Assembly: GCA_043228905.1 (NCBI GenBank)
Contig: JBHGNT010000004.1
Location: 15,252,001-15,316,000, forward strand
DNA length: 64,000 nt
Direction: 5' to 3'
Source of the DNA: Azolla caroliniana
Lineage: Eukaryota; Plantae; Polypodiophyta
Shown: one piece after another, positions 51,703 through 61,975 of the stretch
Layout: each line of letters begins with the position of its first letter
Numbering within the stretch: position 1 is the first letter of the stretch
Notes under the pieces: generated by a model
What the model was told of the DNA's origin: nothing
The model's database searches: none
Seen by the model: only the letters and a program-made list of their open reading frames with translations
Position numbers and translations under genes: made by a program

Positions 51703-52138
51703 TGTTGAGATTTCAAGCTCAACTATATTTAGTTAGCTAGTCAACACACGTAACTTAGTAGTTACCTAGATAGAATCTAGTTAGTGTGTTGACCTTAAAG
51801 CCTTAAATAGGATTTTGTACTTGAGTGGGATACATTGTAGATCCTCCACTCCCATGCTCATTTAATATAGGACTTACACCATTGTACCTATATTCTACTC
51901 ACACATGTGCACCTTTGCACATGAGATGTATATATACCTAATTGTGGGTATTTTTGATTTTGATGATGCTTTGTAATATAGTTAATCATCCTCCATCTTG
52001 TCTTGTTGTTCATAAGTGTTAAGTTCCTCTCTCTCTTACTCTCACACACATACACACACATATGACTTAATCTTCCGGTTAGCTTAATCGCATAATTAGG
52101 TACTAATTAACCCATACTTAATTACCTAATTTTTAACA
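51703..52138 (+). repeat. 3' LTR of copia I
   Basis: Follows PPT TTGAGGGGG. Confidence 0.95.
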
Positions 52139-52143
52139 CAAGA

Positions 52144-54830
52144 GTATATGCGTATTCTATCAGAACTTGACCTCCTAACAACAAAATTTGTCGCATTGGA
52201 ACAAGAGAATCAAAAACTTCTTGGCGACTTGCAACAAGTGAGTGTTGAAAAGGAACAACAACATGAGGAACTCTCACAACGTGTCCAACAACTTGAAGTT
52301 GTTGTGTTATCTCTTCGACAACAAGCTTCAACCTCTGAAAGTTTGTTGAAGGAACCCAAAATTAGTTTGCAACCAAAGTTTGATAGTACAAGGTCTCAAT
52401 TTCGAGGATTCTTAAATCAGGTAAGTCTTATAATTCATATGCATCCCAACCGATATCCAACTGAGGCAACTTGAGTGGGGTTAGTTGGAACATTATTGAC
52501 AGGAACTGTACTAGCATGGTTTGAACCATTGCTAGAGAAGAAGTCCCCAATACTAGAAAACTTTGATACCTTTATCGATGAATTCCAAGCTAGTTTTGGT
52601 GATACTGACAATGTAAGAACAACAATAAACAAGATACGCAGGTTGCACCAAGGAGATTGACCAACCTCAACTTACCCAAAAAAAAATCATCTTATTGCTT
52701 GTGATATCCCTTGGGACAAAGCGGCATTGATGAACTTATTTTGACATGGTTTGCGTAATGATGTTAAAGACTTGCTCCTAACATTTCATGATGAACCTAA
52801 ATCATTGACAGAAGCTATTAGCCGCGCAGTTTGATGTGACAATCGTTTGTTCAAAAGACGTTATGAGCACCAACAAACATCGACGCGCCTTATATTTGAG
52901 CAAACATATGCTTCAACATTAGCCTCACCACCTTTAGGACCAATGCAAGTTCCTAATCTTAATTCTTTTAATGGACATACTCCAATGGAGATTGATGTAG
53001 CACGTCATCGAGGTCCTTTGTCTGAAACCGAGAAACAATGACATCGAGCAAATCGACTTTGCCTATATTGTGGTGGTCCAGGACATATAGCAATACATTG
53101 TCCACATCGACCAAAGAGACACTAAATCAAGTCAATGTTGTTGAGAATTTTGATTCCTATTCTCAAGTCAAAGTCAATAAACCAAGAAGTCTTGTCAACG
53201 GCCCTCAGTCCAACAGTTTTGATGTTCTAAGCCAACTAGATGAGCTGTTGAACGAGTAAGTCCAGCCAGAATCGGAGCCATTTAGTTGGACCAACCAAAG
53301 CATACAGAACTTGTTCCGAGCTTAGGTTCCCTTTCATCGAACCGAGTTAGTGAAGTTTTCACGGCACAAGTTCAACGTAGCACATCAAGATGTCATCAAG
53401 TTCTTGCATCTGAGCTCTTGGATTTAGGAGCCAACCCATGTTTCATGGATTGGGATTTTGCCACAACACAAGAAATTCTACTCTATAAGCTTCCTTGTCC
53501 AGCATCAATAGCAGTAATTGATGGACATTCTATTGCATTTGGAGATATTACTGAAGAATCAGAGCCTATTCGTGTAGTTCGTGGTAATTTAGCTTCTGTA
53601 ATATCTGTCAATATCATAAGCAGTCCCAAACATCCAATTGTTCTTGGGTTACCCTGGTTCGAACTTCATAATCCAAAGATTGATTGGAAGAAGCGTGAAA
53701 TCATAGACTCACGAGACAACAACAATTCAAGGCTCATCACCACATCAACCTCAAAGCTAACACCAAGACATATATCAACTATCTCGCTCCAAAGATTATG
53801 TGAAGAAGCTAGAGTAGAAGACATGTTATTGTTTGCAATGGTCATAACCCCATTTTCAAACCCACAAGATCCATTTACCATCAAAATATCAAGAATTCTC
53901 TGATGTGTTCGATAAGGTAAAGGCCAATACACTTCTTGATCATCGACCATATGATTGTCCCATTGATTTGCATTCCGAGAAGGAACCACCGTGGGAACCA
54001 ATTTATAACCTTTCGCCATCTGAATTGAAAGTTCTTCGAGAATATATTGATGAGAATCTTGCAAATGGCTTTATTCGACATTCTCGATCACCTGCTGGTG
54101 CTCCTATTTTTTTCGTTAGGAAGAAAGATGGCTCTTTATGTTTGGTCGTAGATTATCAAGGCTTGAACGAGGTTATGGTCCGAAATCGATATGCTCTACC
54201 ATTGATTCCAAATCTCTTGGAACGTCTCACTGGGGCCAAATACTTCACAAGGCTAGACTTACGAGGAGCTTACAACCTTGTTCGCATTCGACCTGGTGCT
54301 GAATGGAAAACTGCTTTTCGCACGCGATATGGTCACTTCGCATACACATTAATGTCATTTGGTCTTACAAATGCTCCAACAGTTTTTCAACATATGGCCA
54401 ATGATATCTTTCAAGATTTCCTTGATATACTCATAATCATTTATTTAGATGACATATTAATCTACTCAAAGACACAAGAGGACCACGATAACCATGTTCG
54501 ACAAGTTCTACAACGATTACAAGATTTGGTCTTTATGCCAAACTAGAGGTGTTGCTTTGACCGCAATCAAGTGGAATTTCTAGGATATGTGGTCTCTTCA
54601 GAAGGTATTTGTATGGATCCAAAGAAATTACAAACAATTCTAGCTTAGAAGACATCACGCTCAGTTCGTGATCTGCAATGTTTCTTGGGATTTGCAAATT
54701 TCTACCGCAAATTCATCAAGAGTTACTCACAAGCTATTTTGCCCCTCACATAACTAACACAGAAGAACCGACCATTTGTATGGACGTCAAGCGCAGCCAA
54801 GGCATTTGATAGCTTGAAGCAAGCATTTGC
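52144..54830 (+). pseudogene. pol: Element K gag-PR-RT, disrupted (continues 58005-58607 as RH and partial INT)
   Basis: PMEID, CLYCGGPGH, protease and RT motifs. Confidence 0.88.
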
Positions 54831-57800
54831 TGTTACCCGTTCCTTTGGGTGAACACCTTCGATAGATCTGCGTCTATCGGTCTTCAAGGGCGTGGTACGT
54901 GAAGGCTCGTACAGAGGCGTCGAGAGAGATACGGGGCTCAGAGAGAAAACACTAGCGAGGTCTTGATAGACGTGGCGGCGTGAAACTCATAGGTATGGAT
55001 CAAAGCACAAACTCATGCAGCAAAAATAGGCACAAATCAGATATATTACTATGACAGAAAAGATTACAGAACAGGGCCTATGGCTGGTGACCTTACGAGT
55101 TTATCCTATTACGAAGGACTAAGCTAGTGCTTCCGCCTATAGTTTTCTTCTCTCTCTCTCTGAGGTATTGGTCCTCGTTTAAATAACTTTTCCCCTAATA
55201 CACAGCCGAGCCGTCGGTGGCCCGTGATACTCGGACTCGGCGTTTGCTAATTTCCTAATTTTACATTTCTGTCCTCTGGACAACACCTGGCACGCCCGTG
55301 GGACAGGACCTTGTCCGTCGGACCCACGACTTACAAAATACTAACAATATTACAAAATTTGCCTTTTAGGCGTGATCCTCGTTTCATTCCTCCTTTAAGA
55401 TGTCGAGGATGCTTTCGGGGTCCGGGGTGGTGGTAGGGTGGTCTGGTTGGACTGTCGGTGCGGGGGGTTGAGTTTGGTCCGGGGGTGGCATATCTTCTCG
55501 GGCGTCCGCCTCGGGTGCGGCCGATTCTTCTGGTGGGGGTGTGGGTTCGTGGGCGCTGACCTCTACTTCGACAGGATCTGGTACCGTGTGGGCATCCATG
55601 GGATGTCTGTTGGCCGGGGCAAGTTCCTCCTGTGCCGTGTCCATGATCTCCTTGCTGGAAGGTTCTTCCTTCTGCTCTGTGGCTGTTGGAGGGCTGGTGG
55701 GGATGGCTGCGAGTCATTCTCGTTCGAAGACTTCTGCTTCCAGGCGAAACAACATCTGACCGTCATTGAAGTCCTCCATTATTTGCTCGATTGCCGCGGT
55801 GTGAGATTTTGCCAAGGACTGGTAATCCTCGGTTAAATCTGCACGCAGGTTTTGTATGCTGGCTTCGTCCATTTTGTAGAAGTCGCGGCCCTCCTTCCGT
55901 CGGTTCTCGGCGTCAGCGCGTAAAATATGCAATTCGGCAGCTTGGGCTGCCCATTCGTCTCCTGCGCGACTTAATGTTTCCTCGACCTTTTTGTTAAGGT
56001 GTTGGCGCTGTTTCTCGATCAATATTCGGATGCGTGTCTCATCCATGCCGGGTTGTGCTCGGATGGCTGCTAATTCCTGTTTTAAGCCGTCGACCTCGTC
56101 CTGAATCTTCTGTGTTCTTAGCTAATAGATGGCCTGAGTGTTCTTTGCATCCGCGGTTACGAGCTGGAGAGCCTGCTCGTAATGCTTGGTGAGTTCTTCG
56201 GTGGCCTGCTCCCGTTCTTTCTGACACGTGGCCCGGATTTGTTCCCGTTTGACAATTCTCTCTTCTTGTAGGGCGAAGTAGGAATCCGATAATGCGTCTT
56301 TTTGCTCTGAAAGTAGCTTGCATTTGATGAAAAACTCATCAGCCATCTCTTTAAGGGTCGTACGCTGACTCTGCAGCTCGACATTCTCCGCGTTCATCCT
56401 CTCCTCCCGTTGGCGATTTCTTTCCTCCTGCCGCTGGTTCCAGTCTTTTGCATTGTCGAGCGCGGCCTGTAGGTCTAGAACCTCCTTCTCTTTCTTCACC
56501 ACTGTGGTTGCGTATTCCTCCAGCTTGCTTTTGAGTTCGGCTTCTTTGCCCGCGGCTTGCGCTTGTACCCGGCCCAGTGCTTCGTTCTGCTCGTGTATCC
56601 TTTGGTCGGCCTGGGCTCTTATCTCGGCCATCTGCTTGGAAGCTTCTTCTTTTAGGCGAGCCATCGCCTCTTGATGCCGTTGTTTGTGTCTCTCGGTTCA
56701 CCGTTGTTCTTCTTTAAGCTCCGCACAGTAATCCCGGAGCGGGGGTTCTGTCTAGGTTGCCACCTCCTTGGGTGCACGAGGTGGTGGTATCTCGGTCTTC
56801 TCCATGGGCGTGGGCGCCTCGGTTGTTGTGCAGGCATCGACCATTTGTAACAAGTCTGTTTGTGTACTGGCCTGCACCTTCAGGATTGAGTCGGTGATGG
56901 TGCTTGCATCCATCCTTGTTATGTGTGGAGGCGCTGGGAGGGCCTCGGTGGTCGTTACCGGAAGACTCAAGAGTCGTTGTTCCGGCCGGTTTTGCTCCTA
57001 GGCTGCTAGCTTCTGGTTCGCAGCGTGCCATAGTTCTGTGGCCATCTTAGCCTGTTTTTGGGCTATTTTTATCTTTCGGGCCATGTCTTTGGCTGCCCGC
57101 GTAGTGCGATCCAAGTCCCGATATGCCTTCATAAGGGCTGTGTTCAACTCGGGGACCTCCATGAGGAGAGCGGCATGTTTTGCCTGCTTCTTCCTCCCGA
57201 TTTTTTGTAAAGCCCTATCCTCCTGGGGCTCAATTTCACCTATTAGCACGCGTTGAATCATTTTTGTTTCGGCGTGCTCTTCCGCCATTCGAGCGGCTGC
57301 CGCGACTTGGGCTTTGGCGAGGAAGTCGACCAGCTCGAATGACGTACCGAGGCGTAGGAGCGCACTAAATTCGTAAGCCTCCGCAGGGAGGTCCTTATAC
57401 CCGAGGACTTCATCCTCCGAGATCTGTGTTGTCTGCCCATGCTCGATCGTTCCCTGGTTCAGCGATGCCTCCTCAGGGGTGATGGCCAGGTTGCTCTGTT
57501 TGACCACTAAGGCTTGCTCCTGTTGTGGCTCCTTCTATTCTTCCGAGGACTCGCGGTTGAGTCGTCTTCTCTTGCTTGGCTGTGTTTGGGGTTCCGGGGC
57601 CGGTAGTGTCGTTTCCTCCGCCTGCTTCCTTTTCTGGGGTTGTGGTGGTGCAGCCTGCTGTGTGTTGGGGCGTGGGCTAGGTCCTGGGGACGTTACCGAG
57701 GGGCGCGACGTTGGCTATCAAATGGTGACGTCATCGGCCGTGTTGTCTTCCGCGGCTACCTCCTCCCATTCTTGGCAGGTCTCGGAAACTACCCTTTTTG

Positions 57801-57999
57801 GTGACCTTACGAGTTTATCCTATTACGAAGGACTAAGCTAGTGCTTCCGCCTATAGTTTTCTTCTCTCTCTCTCTGAAATACTGGACCTTGTTTAAATAA
57901 CTTTTCCCCTAATACACAGCCGAGCCGTCGGTGGCCCGTGATACTCGGACTCGGCGTTTGCTAATTTCCTAAATTTACATTTCTGTCCTCTAGACAACA
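54831..57999 (+). mobile_element. Element L: Tat-like LTR element without gag-pol, TSD TTTGC
   Basis: 5' LTR 54831-55285; 3' LTR remnant 57799-57999 (matches 55085-55285); Arg-type PBS TGGCACGCCCGTGGGAC at 55288-55304; TTTGC on both sides. Confidence 0.88.
55384..57798 (-). pseudogene. Long antisense ORF (about 805 codons; coiled-coil core, Pro/Glu-rich ends) of element L, with 8 in-frame stops and no frameshifts
   Basis: ORFs 56998-57507, 56752-56970, 56122-56664, 55714-56046 and 55384-55644 all share one frame; the internal stops are all TAG/TGA. Confidence 0.8.
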
Positions 58000-58607
58000 T
58001 TTGCATCTGCTCCCATTTTGGTCCATTTTTTTACCTCGAGAAGCAATTTATCATAGAAGTAGATGCATCTGATTTTGCACTAGGAAGTGTTTTATCGCAA
58101 ATAGCGCATCCTGAGAAATTGCATCTAGTTGCATTTCATTCAAGAAAGTTTGAACCTGCAGAAAACAATTACGAAATCCATGAAAAAAACTTGCTAGCAA
58201 TTGTTGATTCTTTTGAACAATGGCGTCACTTCTTGGAAGGTTCTCCCCACCAAATTATTGTTTACAACGATCATAAAAACCTCACATACTTTCAAAATGT
58301 TGGAGTCCTAAATTGACGACAAGCTCCCATCTTCCCAAGATTATGATGTTATTCTTACAGTGGTGGACCACTTTACGAAAATGGCACACTTTCTTCCATG
58401 TAGGAAGACTTTAACTAGTCAGGAAACGAAAAATCTTGTTATGCGAGAAGTTTCCAAGCATCATGGCCTTCCAAATGAAATTATTAGTGATCGTGGGCCA
58501 CAATTGATTGCAAATTTTTGGACACACTTACTTGAGATCCTCATAATTTCTCGTAAACTATCTTCATACTACCATCCTCAAACTGATAGTCAACAGAACG
58601 CACGAAT

Positions 58608-59116
58608 TGAAGAGAAATACACGGAATATTACTCGGCCACAACCGAGTAGTAAATCACTCCTATAAGACTCAAACACGGAAATGGGAAGTGGAGAGTACA
58701 CAAGAAAATGCCACAGTATGTTTACATGGAAAACCTTAATAGGGAAGAACCACGGGAGCCCACAAACTCCGAATTATCACTATGAAGAGAAGGGGTACAA
58801 TCAGAGACTCGGAGGCAACGACCTCGAGCTCTGTTTCTTCACACAGTGGCGGTTACGACAAAGTATCGCTCTATATCTCTCTCTCTCCCTCTCTCTCTAT
58901 ACAACAGTTACAACAATATGACAACAACACAAACCACATATACTAAAGTGATTGCCCTAAGTCATATTTATAGTTATATGAACTTAGGGCTATTTACAAA
59001 TATAGCCTCAATGGGCTTATTCAAGACATATTTACAAATTTGTCTTCTCTTCCGGTTCTCACCGGATCCTCTTTATTCATCACCGGATCCCATCCGGAGA
59101 GACCAATTTCCCAACA
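58608..59116 (-). repeat. 3' LTR of copia M
   Basis: TG...CA termini; interrupts K integrase just after the degenerate QTDSQ(T)ERTN motif. Confidence 0.8.
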
Positions 59117-60945
59117 ATCTCCCCCTTCACTCCGGTATGGGATGTCTGGTATGTCTGATCCGCTTCCGGCATGCGTCCAGCTTGTCGGGTGTCAACACCT
59201 TGGTCAGCATATCCGACCCGTTCTCCTCTGTGTGGATCTTCGTTAGCACGAACTCTCGATCCTCAACTCGCTCCTAGATCCAGTGGTACATGCGCTGGAT
59301 GTGCTTCGTTCTGGAATGGTATGTCGCGTTCTTTGCAAGGTGGATGGCACTTTGACTATCGCAGTAGAGCCGGTATTCCTCTTGCCGGATCCCTAGCTCT
59401 CGGATGAAGTCCTTCATCCATAATATTTCCTTGCCGGCTTCCACGACTGCCATGCACTCCGCCTCCGTGGTTGACAACGCAACCATCTTCTACAACCTCA
59501 ACTACCACGAAACGGCTCCCCCTGCATGGGTCATGACATATCTGGAAGTTGACCGGCTGGTGTCCACATCAGCCGACATATCCGAATCGGTAAAGCCTTC
59601 CATGAGGGGTTTACCAGAGCCGAATCGGAGGCACATACTCGAAGTGCCCTTCAAGTACCGGAGTATCCATTTTACCACATTCCAGTGGTCTTTTCCGGGG
59701 TTGGTCATGAACCGACTCACCACTCTGACTGCGTATCCAATATTCGGTCGAGTACACACCATTGCGTACATCAAGCTCCTGACCGTAGAGGCATATGGAA
59801 TCTTCATCATATCCACCTTCTTTGCCTTTGTCTTCGAGCTTTGCTTACCGGATAATCTGCAGTTTTGCTTCTAACATGTTAAACCATTCAAGCACCTTTG
59901 TCACATACTTTTCCTGTGACAACCACAATTGCTTCTTTGACTGGTCCCGGATGATGTGCATCCCCAGTATTTGTCTTGCCGGACCCAAGTCTTTCATTGA
60001 GAAGGTCTGGTTCAGGGCCTTCTTCTGCATCCGTATCTTGACTTGGTCTCGTCCGACAATCAACATGTCATCCACGTACAAGAGCAATATCAGGAAATCT
60101 GCTTCATCAAATTTCTTCACAAACACATAGTGATCGGTTTGCGTCTTGTGGTACCCTTGATCGTCATGAAGCAGTCAAACTTCGGGTACCATTACCGAGG
60201 AGCTTGCTTCAGTCCATATAAGCTCTTCTTAAGTCGGCACACCAGGTGCTCCTTCCCTTTCTTCTCAAATCCTTCCGGTTGATGCTTGTATATCTCTTCT
60301 TTGAGGTCTCCATGTAGGAATGCCGTCTTGACGTCTAGTTGCTCTACCTCGAGGTCCATGCTTGCCGCTATGCCCAATACCATCTGGATGGATGCCATCT
60401 TTGCTACCGAGGCAAAGATCTCATCAAAGTCCACTCCTTTCTTCTGCTGGAAGCCCTTCACCACGATTCGGGCCTTATACCTTGGTGGATTTCCGGTGTC
60501 TCCTAGTTTCAGCTTATACACCCACTTGTTCCGGAGTGCCCTCTTTCCTTTCGGCAACTCCACTAATTCGTATGTGTGGTTCTCATGTAGGGAATCCATC
60601 TCATCCTCCCTGGGACTCAACCACTTGCAACTGTGGGTGTCTCCCCTTGCTTCTTCAAAGCTTTCCAGATCCCCCTCATCGGTTAGCAACACATGCTCTA
60701 CATCCGGAAATCTTCGGGGGGCTATTCTCTCCCAGAGAGGATATCTTCGTCCTTGGTTTCTGACTGCCGGTTCCTCCGTTTGTTCCGAATTCGAATCTGA
60801 TTCGGGATCTTGTCCGGTTCCGGTGTCTTCTTCTTCTTCTTCTTCTTCTTCGGTTGGTTCGGTTTCTTGTCCGTATCTGGCCGGTTCGTCAAGTGTCATC
60901 CGGTTACCGACAGGGTTCTGGACTAGAAGATCCGTCACTATGCGT
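58608..60945 (-). mobile_element. Element M: Tnt1/Tork-like copia (3' LTR 58608-59116, RH, RT), interrupted by J
   Basis: PPT AAGGGGGAGAT (minus strand) at 59117-59127; KWVYKLK, YKARIVVKGFQQKKGVDF, LYVDDML, RTKHI. Confidence 0.9.
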
Positions 60946-61399
60946 TGATCGTGAGGCGGAACCGCCGGGGTTCTGGACCGAAAGGATTCGAAGTTTACAC
61001 AAGCTTTAGCGAGAAAGTATTTAAGATAATTTGAGAGAGAGAGATTGAGATTAAACGCTTGACTTTAGATTGAGAAAGATTGATATGGCGAAAAGAGAGA
61101 GAGATTAAGATTGAGCAATTGACTTTAGATTTAAGAAACAAGTTACATGATCAATTCGATAACGAGTTTTCTTCTCTTAATTTTATATAAAAAAAAGTAC
61201 CTAACCTTTCTTCTTTTTCCATCTCCTCTTTTATAGATGCCCTCATGCATTTGAGGGTACAAGACATGCATAAAATGCATGTTTGCCATTTGGCACTCAT
61301 GTATTACATGTGGTGCATGATAATCATGTCACTCATTTTAGCTCTCATGTATGAGAATTGACATATAAAGTTACAACGATAGAAATATAATTTCCAGAA

Positions 61400-61470
61400 A
61401 ATGTGTTGGCTTAGTGGTAGTCTTATAGACTCTCAACTTGGAAGTGCAAGGTTCAAATCCACACTTGCAC
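61400..61470 (+). promoter_or_regulatory. tRNA-like A/B-box cassette in LTR J (antisense to the element)
   Basis: TGGCTTAGTGG (61407-61417), then 32 nt, then GGTTCAAATCC (61450-61460). Confidence 0.65.
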
Positions 61471-61975
61471 TCCTTGTGTATACATATATTTATTTATTTA
61501 TTTATTTATATATCTATCCGATCGTCGGATGCTGCCGGTTACCGCCGGTCACCGATTCCGGTTTGCTTTCCGACCGGTTCCTTTTTTTTTTGCCAGTTGG
61601 TTTTTAGGAATTTGGCCACATTCATCCATCTAGACAAAGTGGCCAAAAGTGCTCTTAGCACAAATGAAAAATAAGGGATCTCAATGTGCTTAAATAGCCA
61701 GGGCCTTAACTCTCCTATCTATGTGGGATATTTCACAATTTTATTTTTGTCTTTTTTTTCTTTTGCAAAACTTCATACCCACATATGTTTACGCTTAGAT
61801 GTCTATTTCTTATGTAGTAAAGTGCATCTGAAAGCTCTTCAAGACCTCCATCCTTTTGTAGTTTTATGTGATTTTCATACCATTGCCGAAAATCTTCATG
61901 ACATCCACCCCTACCAAACCGCACGTCCTCTAGTACGTGCCAAGACGAGAGAGTGTGAGATTTCGGCTATGGTGA

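Larger units (their letters stand above)
48265..52138 (+). mobile_element. Element I: Ty1/copia (related to F/H) lacking RT and RNase H, TSD CAAGA
   Basis: 436-bp LTRs 48265-48700 and 51703-52138, Met-i PBS 48701-48712, gag-PR-INT remnants, deletion near 51540. Confidence 0.95.
47728..58607 (+). mobile_element. Element K: Tcn1/Tf1-like gypsy element (chromovirus-type RT), interrupted by I, L and M. The 5' LTR start is approximate; the LTR ends at 48185
   Basis: gag ATG at 48242 rejoins across I (METVIKQEYMRIL); PR LLDLGA; RT SPAGAPIFFVRKKDG...YLDD; RH; partial INT. Self-priming PBS at 48188-48199. Confidence 0.85.
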
